This document shows positions 13,800 through 26,951 of a stretch of 64,000 nt of DNA, piece after piece. Source of the stretch: Leucoraja ocellata. Its lineage: Eukaryota. A model generated the notes under the pieces. That model searched no databases. It was given only the letters and a program-made list of their open reading frames with translations, and was not told the origin of the DNA. A program made the position numbers and the translations under genes. The stretch covers positions 1,302,001 to 1,366,000 of the forward strand of contig JAWMAR010000392.1 in assembly GCA_036785375.1 (NCBI GenBank). Reading direction: 5' to 3'. The stretch's first letter is position 1. Each line of letters begins with the position of its first letter.

Positions 13800-14115
13800 A
13801 TCCCACGTTTCAGCTCCCATGAGGAATAGAAGTGGGCAGTTGAGGGTTCTACCCGAGTTGACTGCCTGCTCCTGTTCTGGGCCTATGTCCGTGGCCGGGG
13901 TGCCCCTGTAGACGGAGTACGCAATGTCTACGTGGAATATGGAGGCCTTCAGTGAACGCTGGTCACCGCGCAGTGTGGGGAGGGGGTCCAGTGTTTTGTA
14001 GATAAGGTTGACAACATTTTAATCTGATAACATTTTTATTGTTGATTGTAAACTGCCAATAGCAAAATAGTTTCTGTTCATCACTCTATATATATATGTG
14101 GTTAATTGAATAAAA
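13800..14115 (+). mobile_element. Degenerate Tx1-like LINE 3' end
   Basis: Decayed 'DCL-LF-AYVRGRV...EAFSERWSP' C-terminal motif followed by an AT-rich UTR with AATAAA. Confidence 0.45.
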
Positions 14116-14374
14116 GGTCCTTTTTCAGGGGGGAAAAAATGATGGGAATAGATAGGGTGAATGCTCAGAGTCTTTTACCAAGGGATGCGGAATCAAAAAC
14201 TAGAGGATACAGGTTTAAGGTGATATTTACTGGGAACCTGAGGGATAACCTTCACACATAGAGTGTGGTGGGTATATAGAACGAGCTGCCTCGAGGTAAT
14301 TGATACAGGCACTATAACAACATTTTAAAATACATTTGGACAGGTACATAGATAGGAAAGCTTCTGTGGGATAT

Positions 14375-14906
14375 AGAAACATAGAAACATTATAAAAAAG
14401 TGCAGGAGGATGTCATTTGGCCCTTCGAGGCATTCATTGTGATCATGGCTGATCGTCCCCAATCAATAACCCGTGCCTGCCTTCTCCCCATATCCCTTGA
14501 TTCCACTAGCCCCTAGAGCTCTATCTAACTCTCTCTTCCAGCGATTTGGCCTCCACTGCCCTCTGTGGCAGGGAATTCTACAAATTCCACAAATTCACAA
14601 CTCTCTGGGTGAAAAAGTTTTTTCTCATCTCAGTCTTACATGGCCTCCCCTTTATTCTAAGACTGTGGCCCTTGGTTCTGGGCTCACCCAACATTGGGAA
14701 CATTTTTCCTGCATCTAGCTTGTCCAGTCCTTTTATAATTTTATATGTTTCTAGAAGATCTCCCCCTCATCCTTCAAAACTCCAGTGAATACAAGCCTAG
14801 CCTTTTCAATCTTTCCTCGTATGACAGTCCCGCCATCCCAGGGATCAATCTTGCTACACTGCACTGCCTCAATCACAAGGATGTCCTTCCTCAAATTAGG
14901 AGACCA
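14375..14906 (-). mobile_element. Older CR1-A-related LINE
   Basis: Diverged family A ORF2 end and UTR. Confidence 0.75.
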
Positions 14907-14992
14907 AATGGGCCAAACATGGGCAAATGGGACTAATGGGATGGACCATTTTGGTCAGCATGGATGAGTTGGGCAGAAGGGCCTGTTCCTTT

Positions 14993-15606
14993 ATAACCAT
15001 ATAACCATATAACAATTACAGCACGGAAACAGGCCATCTCGGCCCTACAAGTCCGTGCCGAACAACTTTGTTTCCCCCTTAGTCCCACCTGCCTGCACTC
15101 ATACCATAACCCTCCATTCCCTTCTCATCCATATGCCTATCCAATTTATTTTTAAATGATACCAATGAACCTGCCTCCACCACTTCCACTGGAAGCTCAT
15201 TCCACACCGCTACCACTCTCTGAGTAAAGAAGTTCCCCCTCATATTACCCCTAAACTTCTGTCCCTTAATTCTGAAGTCATGTCCTCTTGTTTGAGTCTT
15301 CCCTATTCTCAAAGGGAAAAGCTTGTCCACATCAACTCTGTCTATCCCTCTCATCATTTTAAAGACCTCTATCAAGTCCCCCCTTAACCTTCTGCGCTCC
15401 AGAGAATAAAGACCTAACTTATTCAACCTATCTCTGTAACTTAGTTGTTGAAACCCAGGCAACATTCTAGTAAACCTCCTCTGTACTCTCTCTATTTTGT
15501 TGACATCCTTCCTATAATTGTGCGACCAAAATTGTACACCATACTCCAGATTTGGCCTCACCAATGACTTGTACAATTTTAACATTACATCCCAGCTTCT
15601 ATACTC
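14993..15606 (-). mobile_element. CR1 LINE family B (AGRWD subfamily)
   Basis: ORF 15079-15672; tail. Confidence 0.9.
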
Positions 15607-16335
15607 AAAATGCAGGAGTAACTTAGCAGGACAAGCTACTAAGCAACCTTTCTCTATGAATCTTAGATCCAAGTCACTGGGATTGGTTAATTGATTGAAA
15701 ACAGCATGGAAACAGGTACTTCAGCCCAGCTATGAGTCCACGTGGACCATCGATCATCCATTCACACCAGTTCTATGTTGTCCCACTGTCTCTTTCACTC
15801 CCACATACTCAGGGCTAATATACAGAGGGCTCGTTAACCTACATACCCCAATGTCTTTTTGGCTGTCGGAGGATATCGGGCCTCCGGGAGGAAACCCACG
15901 CGGTCACAGGGAGAACGTGCAAACTCCACACAGACAGCACTTGAGGTCAGGATCGAACAGCTCACTGGAATTGTGAGGCCGCAGCAAGTAGTGTCTCCGT
16001 TTGCTGGGTTTTCATTAATAACAGAGCACGGCGTTAATGTGTCGGTTTTTTGAGAAGATGTAANNNNNNNNNNNNNNNNNNNNNNNNNNNNNNNNNNNNN
16101 NNNNNNNNNNNNNNNNNNNNNNNNNNNNNNNNNNNNNNNNNNNNNNNNNNNNNNNNNNNNNNNNNNNNNNNNNNNNNNNNNNNNNNNNNNNNNNNNNNNN
16201 NNNNNNNNNNNNNNNNNNNNNNNNNNNNNNNNNNNNNNNNNNNNTAATTATAGAGATAGAGGGGGAGAGCAAGGCAGTGGGATCATAAGGTCATGAGGAA
16301 TAGCAGTAGAAATAGGCCATTCGGCCCATCAAGTC

Positions 16336-17321
16336 TGTAGGGGTTTTGTGTTTCCCTTTATTTCACTTCGGGCCCAACTGCCCGAGTTATTCTCTCCCTT
16401 GTCGGAGGGTCAAACTGCCACCACTCCACTCGAGCGGTTTCCAAAGAGAGAGAATACAACAAAAGGGATTCCCCTCGGTTCTAGACCTCGGAATTATGGT
16501 GGGATATGATAAAAGGTTGAATTGACCAGAGTGTGCTGATGATGGAAAACAGAAACCAAGATGGACTCAAAGCAAGTCTAAAATTTACAGGCTTTATTAA
16601 ACAATGAGAAATCGAATCTCACCAACACTACATAATACGTGGCTAAAGTTATGCTTTAAACTAAGACTATGGACGGAAAACTATCGGGCACGTCGTAAAA
16701 CTTACTTTACACAATTTTACTTACACCCTTTCCCCTTCTTCTCAACCTCTATCCTATTTCGGGAATTTCACCAGGTCACTGGGGTACTTACAGTTGGGCT
16801 CACGAGCCGTCCAGCAGAGCAGAAAAAGAGAAAGAGTTCTGGCTTGACTCCTGTTTGATACCTGAGCTTCCTTTGAAACCCCCAGGTGGTCCTCTGGATA
16901 AAAGGGTTCTTTTGATGATTCCCAGTTTCGATCTGGCATTAACAATAGGCTTCCGATGATAAGGGGTTTGCTGATGTCATGATCCCTCAGCCTGATCGTT
17001 ATCCCATCGCCTGGATGGGCTCCTATTGTCTTGATGGATGGGTCATCCAAGATGGTGATTGAGCTTGGGCTGGCCTGTTTACCACCGGCTGCTGAGGCTT
17101 GGTTCCTTCCTTTGTGTATCCAAGATAATCTCGTTATCTCCATCTCAGCCTTTCCTGTTCACATCATTCGCATATTTGTGTGATGCCCAAGTCCACAGGC
17201 CAGACAGGTTTGTGGATTGGGGTTTTTTTAATTTGCAGCCAGCAAATCTGTCTTTTTAAAATATCCATGTCCTTATCCGAGTTCTTCCATAATTTTGGAG
17301 GATTTGCCCCAATAACTTACA
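16336..17321 (-). mobile_element. Solo LTR (~986 bp)
   Basis: TGTAG...TTACA termini; 4-bp TSD AGTC (16332-16335 / 17322-17325); interrupts a CR1 3' UTR; AATAAA on minus strand at 16593-16598. Confidence 0.8.
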
Positions 17322-17338
17322 AGTCCTCTCTGTCATTC

Positions 17339-17699
17339 TTTATTTTATTAGAAGTAGACATATTATAAAGTATAGTTGCATATTATAGTAAAAAAACTTT
17401 TCATATACATCAGTCATACATTATTAAAATTTTCAATTGTTGATTACTTCTACTTCTAGTGTTTTGTTTTTATATAGAAAAAGAGAGAAAGAGAAAAGTT
17501 ACAAATATCAAAAAAAGAACAAAAAAGGTGGAATGGATTACTTATAATACGTCATTGGAGATAGGTTCGTAGATTATAAAGTATGACTTTTCATCTAATC
17601 CTGAGTTCAAGTTTCAGTTGGGTTTTCGTGCCGGGCCAATCTATCCCGTCAGATAATTAATGAATGGAGCCCATATTTTATCAAAAAGTTATTTTTTGG
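17339..17699 (-). mobile_element. L1-clade LINE 3' end
   Basis: A-rich tail on minus strand; 11-bp TSD CTCTGTCATTC (17328-17338 / 17700-17710). Confidence 0.7.
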
Positions 17700-17848
17700 C
17701 TCTGTCATTCAATCATGGCTGATCTATATCTCCCTCCTAACCCCATTCTCCTGCCTTCTCCCCATAGCCTGTACTAATCAAAAATCTATCTATCTCTGCT
17801 TTAGAAATATCCACTGATGACCTCCACAGTTTTCTGTGGCAAAGAATT

Positions 17849-18073
17849 ACATAGAAACATAGAAACATAGAAATTAGGTGCAGGAGTAGGCCATTCGGCC
17901 CTTCGAGCCTGCACCGCCATTCAATATGATCATGGCTGATCATCCAACTCAGTATCCAGTACCTGCCTTCTCTCCATACCCCCTGATCCCCTTAGCCACA
18001 AGGGCCACATCTAACTCCCTCTTAAATATAGCCAATGAACTGGCCTCAACTACCCTCTGTGGCAGAGAGTTCC
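17849..18073 (-). mobile_element. CR1 family A 3' end nested in an older CR1 (~16290-18290)
   Basis: Young family A sequence inside a diverged CR1. Confidence 0.8.
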
Positions 18074-18579
18074 ACAGATTCACCTTCTGACTAAGGAAAG
18101 TTCTCCTCATCTCCTTCCTAAAAGAAGTCCTTTAATTCGGAGGCTATGACCTCTAGTCCTCGGCTCTCCCACTAGTGGAAACATCCTCTCCATATCCACT
18201 CTATCCAAGCCTTTCACTATTCTGTATGTTTTAATGAGGTCCCCCCTTACTAAATGCCAGCGAGTACAGGCCCAGTGCCGACAAAAGCTCATCATTGGGT
18301 GCTCATCATGATCATTTAGTCCAAGAAGAAATGTCCCCTCATCTCCTTCCTAAAATTACTTCCCTGTTTTTGTGCAAGGCAGTGGATATTGTTAAGGCTG
18401 AAGTAGATAGATTCCTGAAAAGTACAGGTGTCAGAGGTTATGGGGAGAAGGGGGTTAAGAGGGAGAGATAGATCAGCCATGATTGAATGGCGGAGTAGAC
18501 TTGTTGGGCCGAATGGCCTAATTCTACTATTCCTTATGAACGTATGAGAGGAATGGGCCCTTTGGCCACAATGTAGGTG

Positions 18580-19200
18580 GAAACATAGAAACATAGAAAC
18601 ATAGAAATTAGGTGCAGGAGTAGGCCATTCGGCCCTTCGAGCCTGCACCGCCATTCAATATGATCATGGCTGATCATCCAACTCAGTATCCCGTACCTGC
18701 CTTCTCTCCATACCCCCTGATCCCCTTAGCCACAAGGGCCACATCTAACTCCCTCTTAAATATAGCCAATGAACTGGCCTCAACTACCCTCTGTGGCAGA
18801 GAGTTCCAGAGATTCACCACTCTCTGTGTGAAAAAAGTTCTTCTCATCTCGGTTTTAAAGGATTTCCCCCTTATCCTTAAGCTGTGACCCCTTGTCCTGG
18901 ACTTCCCCAACATCGGGAACAATCTTCCTGCATCTAGCCTGTCCAACCCCTTAAGAATTTTGTAAGTTTCTATAAGATCCCCTCTCAATCTCCTAAATTC
19001 TAGAGAGTATAAACCAAGTCTATCCAGTCTTTCTTCATAAGACAGTCCTGACATCCCAGGAATCAGTCTGGTGAACCGTCTCTGCACTCCCTCTATGGCA
19101 ATAATGTCCTTCCTCAGATTTGGAGACCAAAACTGTACGCAATACTCCAGGTGTGGTCTCACCAAGACCCTGTACAAGTGCAGTAGAACCTCCCTGCTCC
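18580..19200 (-). mobile_element. CR1 LINE family A
   Basis: ORF 18683-19243 ORF2 C-terminus; tail. Confidence 0.9.
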
Positions 19201-19209
19201 CTGCTTTGG

Positions 19210-19735
19210 TTCTGGGGGAAGGGGGTTGACTGGCAATCACCAAGGTGCAGAGTTAAGGAGTGTAACAGCCGCAGGGAAGAAGCTGTTCCTGAACCTGCTG
19301 GTCCGGCAACGGAGAGACCTGTAGCGCCTCCCTTATGGTAGGAGGGTAAACTGTGGTTGGGGTGAGAGCAGTCCTTGGCGATGCTGAGCGCCTTCCGCAG
19401 ACATCGCTTGCTTTGGACAGACCCAATGGAGGGGAGCGATCGAGGAACCGATGATGCGTTGGGCAATTTTCACCACCCTCTGCAATGCCTTCCGGTCGGA
19501 GACAGAGCAGTTGCCATACCATACTGTGATGCAGTTGGTAAGGATGCTCTCGATGGTGCAGCGATAGAAGTTCACCAGAATCTGACGAGACAGATGGACC
19601 TTCTTCAGTCTCCTCAGGAAGAAGAGACGCTGGTGAGCCTTCTTGATCAGAGTTGAGGTATTGTGGGTCCAAGAGAGGTCATCGGAGATGTTGACTCCCA
19701 GGAACCTGAAGCTGGAAACACGTTCCACCTCCTTT
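19210..19735 (-). mobile_element. Rex1/Babar-like LINE 3' part
   Basis: FRFLGVNISDDLSWTHNT...KKAHQRLFFLRRLKK...FYRCTIESILT motif. Confidence 0.85.
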
Positions 19736-20249
19736 ATCATTGTTACATTTAGACGGGTGCATGGTTAGGAGAGATATAGAGGGATATGGGTCAAATGCAG
19801 ACAGCAGGGACTAGTGAGAACAGGCATCTTGGTCGCCATAGGCAAGTTGGGGCAAGGGGCCTGTTTCCGTGCTGAATGACTATCGCTTGACTATTGGGAA
19901 AGTGAGGGAATGAAGGAAATATGTATTTATTATCAGCTGTTAGCACTATTAAGTTGATCAGGAAGAGGGGCAGAGCACTTGGTTAGACTAAAGCAGACAG
20001 ATTCCAGTGACCGCAGTCCTGCAGTATGAATATTGAGCAGGAAGGAAACCAGCAGATGCTGGTTTAAACTGAAGATAGACATAAAAAGCTGGAGTAACTC
20101 ACTGGGACAGGCAGCATCTATGGTGAGAATGTATGGGTGACGTTTCGGGTCTGGACTCTAACTTCAAGTAACCCTGTCATAACCTCCTTCTCCATCCCTC
20201 CCCTACCCAAGACGCCCCAGCTTCTTGTTTTCTCCCAACAAACAGCTAA

Positions 20250-20347
20250 ACCCTCTGAAGAAGGGTTTCGGCCCGAAACGTTGCCTATTTCCTACGCTCC
20301 ATAGATGCTGCTGCACCCGCTGAGTTTCTCCAGCATTTTTGTCTACC
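20250..20347 (+). ncRNA. ~98-nt hammerhead-motif element (PLE family B) with TSD
   Basis: CUGAAGA-A-GGGU(UUCG)GCCC-GAAA-CG-UU core at 20255-20282; TSD AACAGCTAA at 20241-20249 / 20348-20356. Confidence 0.65.
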
Positions 20348-20430
20348 AACAGCTAACAAGGGCTTGTTTCCTTTACCATTGTTACATTTTTTGCATTTAT
20401 TTCATTCATCATACTTTGTCTCTCAACATA

Positions 20431-20848
20431 AACCATATAACCATATAACAATTACAGCACGGAAACAGGCCATCTCAACCCTTCTAGTCCGTGCCGAACA
20501 CATAATCTCCCCTAGTCCCATATACCTGCGCTCAGACCATAACCCTCCATTCCCTTCCCATCCATATAACTATCCAATTTATTTTTAAATGATAAAAACG
20601 AACCTGCCTCCACCACCTTCACTGGAAGCTCATTCCACACAGCTACCACTCTCTGAGTAAAGAAGTTCCCCCTCATGTTACCCCTAAACTTCAGTCCCTT
20701 AATTCTCAAGTCATGTCCCCTTGTTTGAATCTTCCCTACTCTCAGTGGGAAAAGCTTTTCCACGTCAACTCTGTCTATCCCTCTCATCATTTTAAAAACC
20801 TCTATCAAGTCCCCCCTTAACCTTCTGCGCTCCAAAGAATAAAGCCTA
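20431..20848 (-). mobile_element. CR1 LINE family B 3' end
   Basis: ORF 20512-20835; tail. Confidence 0.9.
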
Positions 20849-20949
20849 TCAGCTATATCTCTCGTTTCCTTTTCCCCTGACTAGTCTGAAGAAGGGTCTC
20901 GACCCGAAATGTCGCCCATTCCTCCTCCACAGACATGTCGCCTGTCGCA

Positions 20950-21039
20950 GGTACACAAAAATGCTGGAGAAACTCAGCGGGTGCAGCAGCATCTATGGAG
21001 CGAAGGAAACAGGCAACGTTTCGGGCCGAAACCCTTCTT
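20950..21039 (-). ncRNA. ~90-nt hammerhead-motif element (PLE family B) with TSD
   Basis: Same core on minus strand; 17-bp TSD CAGACATGT(C/T)GCCTGTC at 20930-20946 / 21040-21056. Confidence 0.65.
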
Positions 21040-21810
21040 CAGACATGTTGCCTGTCCCGCTGAGTTACTCCAGTTTATTTTGGCTGTCTTTCTCTTTCTT
21101 TCGTCTTCCAAGCAAAGTTGGAGTGCAGCAGCATTGTGGCAGGGAACATATCACATCTCCAAAGGCTAGACTCCAGTCTGATTCATGGAGCCATACAGAA
21201 TGCTTCGACCCACCTTGTTCATGCCAACCAAGTTGTCATTCGAGCTGATGAAAGACACAAAATGCAGGAGTAATTCAGCGGACAGGCAGCATCTCTGATA
21301 AGCAAGAATGAATGACATTTCGGGTCAAGAATATCCGCCAACATGTCTGAAGAAGGATCTTGACATGCAACTTTTCTTTCCAGAAATGCAACCTGTACAA
21401 CTGAGATATTCCAGCGTTGTGTTGCTATCTTCGGTGTAAATGAGCATTTGCTGTTCCTTTCTACATAATTTCATCTGGCCAAGACCTATGAGCCTGCATT
21501 TGACCCATGTCTCTCTAAATCCGATCCAGGGAAATGTTTCAATATCCGTTCAAAGTTTCAATTACCACATAGAATGCTGGTGGCACAGTGTGGCGCAGCT
21601 GATAGAGCTGCTGGTGCACAGCGCCATAGAACCAGCTTCGCTCCTGACCTCAGGAGCAGTCAGTGTGGAGTTTGCACGTTTTCCCTGTGGTCAAATGGGT
21701 TTTCTCCGGATGGTCTGGTTTCCTCGCACATTCCAAAGACATACGAGTTTATAGGTTATTTAAGAAGGAACTGCAGATGCTGGAGAATCGAAGGTACACA
21801 AAAAAGCTGG

Positions 21811-22566
21811 AGAGATTTATGCCAGTTGGAAGAGTGGGCTGAAAGATGGCAGATGGAGTTTAATGCTGATAAGTGTGAGGTGCTACATCTTGGCAGGACA
21901 AATCAAAATAGGACGTACATGAACAGAGTTGAACAGTTGAACAGAGGGATCTAGGAATAACTGTGCATAGTTCCCTGAAGGTGGAATCTCATGTAGATAG
22001 GGGTGGTAAAGAAAGCTTTTGGTGTGCTAGCCTTTATAAATCAGAGCATTGAGTATAGAAGTTGGGATGTAATGTTAAAATTGTACAAGGCATTGGCGAG
22101 AACAATTCTGGAGTATGGTGTACAATTTTGGTCGCCCAATTATAGGAAGGATGATTAAAGAGAAAGGTTGAACAAGTTAGGTCTTTATTCTCTGGAGCGG
22201 AGAAGGTTAAGGGGGGACTTGATAGAGGTCTTTAAAATGATGAGAGGGATAGACAGAGTTGACGTGGATAAGCTTTTCCCATTGAGAGTAGGGAAGATTC
22301 AAACAAGATGACATGACTTCAGAATTAAGGGACAGACGTTTAGGGGTAACAGAGAGTGGTAGCTGTGTACATTGAGCTTCCAGTGGAAGTGGTGGAGGCA
22401 GGTTTAATTTTATAATTTAAAAATAAATTGGATATGTATATGGATGGGAAGGGAATGGAGGGTTATGGTCTGAATGCGGGTAGATGGGACTAGGGGAAAA
22501 TAATTGTTCGGCACGGACTTGTAGGGCCGAGATGGCCTGTTTCCGTGCTGTAATTGTTATATGGTT
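21811..22566 (+). mobile_element. CR1 LINE family B, internally deleted
   Basis: RDLCQLEEWAERWQMEFNADKC... with several deletions; tail. Confidence 0.85.
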
Positions 22567-22697
22567 AAATGGTTGAATGGGACATCTGGTGTGCATGGGA
22601 AAGTTGGGCCGAAGGGCCTGTTTCTCTGCTCTCTAGCTCTATAAGGTTAGGGGAGATGCATGAGAATCTCTGTCTATAATCACTTTTCTCGCTCTGC

Positions 22698-22860
22698 AGA
22701 TCCGGACTCTTCTCCTCTGCATCTCCTTCTTCAGGTCGGAACTTCTCCATCTTCCAGCGGCTCCCTGGACCATGTCGGCCGCCCACAAGGCCGGAGATGG
22801 TCCCCGCTTCACCGTGAGCCCGTTACGGGCCGGCTACTCGCAGGAGCCCCGCAGGATATT
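22698..22860 (+). pseudogene. Truncated NAT8-like paralog (acceptor, 5' UTR and ~29 codons)
   Basis: TTTTCTCGCTCTGCAG acceptor; ATG at 22772 gives MSAAHKAGDGPRFTVSPLRAGYSQEPRRI, homologous to the N-terminus at 33527; cut by CR1-B at 22861, remainder not seen. Confidence 0.85.
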
Positions 22861-23398
22861 ATAACCATATAACCATATAACAATTACAGCACGGAAACAG
22901 GCCATCTCGACCCTTCTAGTCCGTGCCGAACACATAATCTCCCCTAGTCCCATATACCTGCGCTCAGACCATAACCCTCCATTCCCTTCCCATCCATATA
23001 ACTATCCAATTTATTTTTAAATGATAAAAATGAACCTGCCTCCACCACCTTCACTGGAAGCTCATTCCACACCGCTACCACTCTCTGAGTAAAGAAGTTC
23101 CCCCTCATGTTACCCCTAAACTTCAGTCCCTTAATTCTCAAGTCATGTCCCCTTGTTTGAATCTTCCCTACTCTCAGTGGGAAAAGCTTTTCCACGTCAA
23201 CTCTGTCTATCCCTCTCATCATTTTAAAAACCTCTATCAAGTCCCCCCTTAACCTTCTGCGCTCCAAAGAATAAAGCCCTAACTTGTTCAACCTTTCTCT
23301 GTAACTTAGTTGCTGAAACCCAGGCAACATTCTAATAAATCTCCTCTGTACTCTCTCTATTTTGTTGACATCCTTCCTATAATTAGGCGACCAAAATT
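22861..23398 (-). mobile_element. CR1 LINE family B 3' end
   Basis: ORF 22944-23330; tail. Confidence 0.9.
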
Positions 23399-23409
23399 GA
23401 TAAGGCCAA

Positions 23410-23830
23410 TAATGTCCAAAGGGGACCTTCGGATGTTCAGAAGCTGTGGCTGGGCTTGCACGTCATCACTTCCTACAAAGCAAAACCAGGAGACAGCTCA
23501 AGCAACAGCAAAGCGTCACTCCCTAACGAGCTCTATCCATTCTACACACGCTTTGATGGGGAGAACACTAATGTGCCTTCTCGGCCGCCCATAGCCCCCG
23601 GATGGTATTACAGTCTCAGACCCAGATACCGACTTCAGAAGATCCTTCAGGAGGGTGGACCCTCGGCCTGCACCAAAATGGTATACCTGGTCATGTTATT
23701 AAATTCTGTACAAACCAACTAACTGGAATTTTGTTGACATTATTTGACCTTCATTATTGAGGGCTAATGTTTCCACCTGGTTTGAAAGGGCATCAATAAT
23801 ACCAGTGCCCAAGAAGAGCAAGGTAACATT
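23410..23830 (+). mobile_element. Rex1/Babar-like LINE internal fragment, degenerate
   Basis: LHVITSYKAKP...ASLPNELYPFYTRFD and 'IIPVPKKSK' motifs. Confidence 0.65.
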
Positions 23831-23832
23831 GG

Positions 23833-24122
23833 GGAGGCATGGCGGCGCAGCAGTACAGTTGTTGGCTGACACTGCCAGGGACCCGAGGTCAAGCCTGTCT
23901 ACAGGTGGTGGCTGCACAGAGTTTGCACGTTCTCCCTCTCTGACCACATGTTTTCCCCAAGTGCTCCGGTTTCATACCACGCTCCACAGACGTACAGGTT
24001 TGTAGCTTAATTGGCTTTGGTAAAGATTGAAAATTGCCACTCGTGTATGTAGGATAATGTGAATCACTGGTCAGCGCCAACTAAGTGGGCCAAAGTGCCT
24101 GTTTCCACGCTCTATCCCTAAA
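23833..24122 (+). mobile_element. tRNA-derived SINE
   Basis: GGCATGGCGGCGCAGCAGTA head, SINE body and CR1-like tail. Confidence 0.6.
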
Positions 24123-24294
24123 CTAGTCCTCATCAAAGCCTCATTGACTAATGACCGATGGCACTTACGTCCGTGGTGATTGTGCTTTTACAGGTTGGTT
24201 GTGGTGCAATTCAACTCCCACCGTAGCAAGAACAAGAACCCACTATAATCTGCCTACTACCACTACAGTAGTTGTGTATTAAAATTAGTAGTAA

Positions 24295-24685
24295 ACTTGC
24301 TCAACGCATCACTGGTTCCACGCTCCCCTCCATTGAGTCTGTCCAAAGCAAGCGCTGTCTGCGGAGGGCGCTCAGCATCGCCAAGGACTGCTCTCACCCC
24401 AACCATGGACTGTTTACCCTCCTACCATCCGGGAGGCGCTACAGGTCTCTCCGTTGCCAAACCAGCAGGTCGAGGAACAGCTTCTTTCCGGCGGCTGTCA
24501 CTCTACTCAACAACGTACCTCGGTGACTGCCAATCACCACCCCCCCCCCCCCCCCCCGACACTTATTATTATTTATTCAAATTGTTTGCTATGTCGCTCT
24601 TCAAGGGAGATGCTAAATGCATTTCGTTGTCTCTGTACTGTACACTGACAATGACAATTAAATTGAATCTGAATCTGAATCTGAA
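24295..24685 (+). mobile_element. Rex1/Babar-like LINE 3' end
   Basis: AQRITGSTLPSI...LLPSGRRYRS...RNSFFPAAVTLLN; (AATCTG)n tail. Confidence 0.85.
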
Positions 24686-24939
24686 CAGATCAACGGAGGA
24701 TTCAATCTCACCAGCTCTCCACTCTGCACTGGACCAATTTGATGACAAAAACAAAGTGAGTCTGAAGAAGGTTCTTGACCCAAAACGTCACCCATTCCTT
24801 CTCCCCAGAGATGCTGCCTGTCCCGCTGAGTTACTCCAGCATTTTGTGTCCGTTTTCGGTTTAAGCCAGCATCTGCAGTTCCTTCCAACACATGGAACCC
24901 TATAGGTCAGGCTGGTGTTCATAGAATACAGATCATAGA

Positions 24940-25900
24940 CTACAGTTCTGGTCGCCAAATTATAGGAAAGATGTCAACAAAATAGAGTGAGTACAGAGGA
25001 GGTTTACTAGAATGTTGCCTGGGTTTCAGCACCTAGGTTTCAGAGAAAGGTTGAATAAGTTAGATCTTTATTCTTTGGAGCGCAGAAGGTCAAGGGGGGA
25101 CTTAATAGAGGTCTTTAAAATGATGAGAGGGATAGACAGAGTTGATGTGGATACGTTTTTTCCATTGAGAGTAGGGAAGGTTCAAACATGATTTGAGAAT
25201 TAAGGGACAAAAGTTTAGGGGCAACATGAGGGGGAACCTCTTTACTCAGAGAGTGGTAGCGCTGTGGAATGAGCTTCCAGTGGAAGTGATGGAGGCAGGT
25301 TCGATTTTATTATTTAAAAATAAATTGGATAGGTATATAACCATATAACAATTACAGCACGGAAACAGGCCATCTCGACCCTTCTAGTCCGTGCCGAACA
25401 CCTAATCTCCCCTAGTCCCATATACCTGCGCTCAGACCATAACCCTCCATTCCCTTCCCATCCATATAACTATCCAATTTATTTTTAAATGATAAAAACG
25501 AACCTGCCTCCACCACCTTCACTGGAAGCTCATTCCACACAGCTACCACTCTCTGAGTAAAGAAGTTCCCCCTCATGTTACCCCTAAACTTCAGTCCCTT
25601 AATTCTCATGTCATGCCCCCGTGTTTGAATCTTCCCTACTCTCAGTGGGCAAAGCTTTTCCACGTCAACTCTGTCTATCCCTCTCATCATTTTAAAAACC
25701 TCTATCAAGTCCCCCCTTAACCTTCTGCGCTCCAAAGAATAAAGCCTTAGTCCAAAGAATAAAGCCCTATGTATACGGACGGGAAAGGAATGGAGGGTAT
25801 GGTCTGAGTGCAGGTAGATGGGACTAGGTGAGAGTAAGTGTTCGGCATGGACTAGAAGGGCCGCGATGGCAAGTTTCCGTGCTGTAATTGTTATATGGTT
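24940..25900 (+). mobile_element. Older CR1-B with a younger antisense CR1-B nested at ~25337-25768
   Basis: Plus-strand family B sequence resumes after the minus-strand insert. Confidence 0.85.
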
Positions 25901-26349
25901 ATATATGGTTATCAGGACGTTCAACATCATCACCCTCCAGGCCAGTTACTAAGCTCACGGAAGTGGATCTCTGCGCATACCTTCTGCAACTGAATCCTCG
26001 ACGTCCTTAGCAACAGACCACAAACGGAATGAATTGTCACCAGCACTTCCCCCTCAAAATACACCTGCACCGGAAAAAACTCAAAGCGACGTGATCAGCC
26101 GCCAGCCCTACTCACTCAATAATCACGATGCAGTTCAAACACCATCTTCAGGTTCACCGACGGCACCACCGGCACAGCGGTATAGTTGCTGCCTTGCAGT
26201 GCCGGAGGCCCAAGTTCGATCCCGACGGGTGCTGTCTGTATGGAGTTTGTACCTTCTCCTCATGTCCATGTGGGTTTTCTCCAAGATCTTCCGTTTCCTT
26301 CCACACTTGGGAAATGTAAAAATTGTCCCTCGTGTGTGTTGGAGGTTAT

Positions 26350-26951
26350 TAACCATATAACCATATAACAATTACAGCACGGAAACAGGCCATCTCGGCC
26401 CTACAAGTCCGTGCCGAACAATTTTTTTCCCCCTTAGTCCCACCTGCCTGCACTCATACCATAACCCTCCATTCCCTTCTCATCCATATGCCTATCCAAT
26501 TTATTTTTAAATGATACCAATGAACCTGCCTCCACCACTTCCACTGGGAGCTCATTCCACACCGCTACCACTCTCCGAGTAAAGAAGTTCCCCCTCATAT
26601 TACCCCTAAACTTCTGTCCCTTAATTCTGAAGTCATGTCCTCTTGTTTGAATCTACCCTATTCTCAAAGGGAAAAGCTTGTCCACATCAACTCTGTCTAT
26701 CCCTCTCATCATTTTAAAGACCTCTATCAGGTCCCCCCCTTAACCTTCTGCGCTCCAAAGAATAAAGACCTAACTTATTCAACCTATCTCTGTAACTTAG
26801 TTGTTAAAACCCAGGCAACATTCTAGTAAATCTCCTCTGTACTCTCTCTATTTTGTTGACATCCTTCCTATAATTGGGCGACCAAAATTGTACACCATAC
26901 TCCAGATTTGGTCTCACCAATGCCTTGTACAATTTTAACATTACATCCCAG
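26350..26951 (-). mobile_element. CR1 LINE family B (AGRWD subfamily)
   Basis: Near-identical to 14993-15606. Confidence 0.9.

Larger units (their letters stand above)
20040..21078. mobile_element. Penelope-like terminal-repeat region with hammerhead motifs and nested insertions
   Basis: Inverted pseudo-LTR copies (20040-20160 minus; 20884-21078 plus, CTGAAGAAGGGTCTCGACCCGAAA); split by CR1-B and two 90-nt elements. Confidence 0.7.

Noticed and set aside
16604-17368. Short ORFs in a non-LINE region
   Set aside because: They lie within the solo LTR and show no recognisable domain
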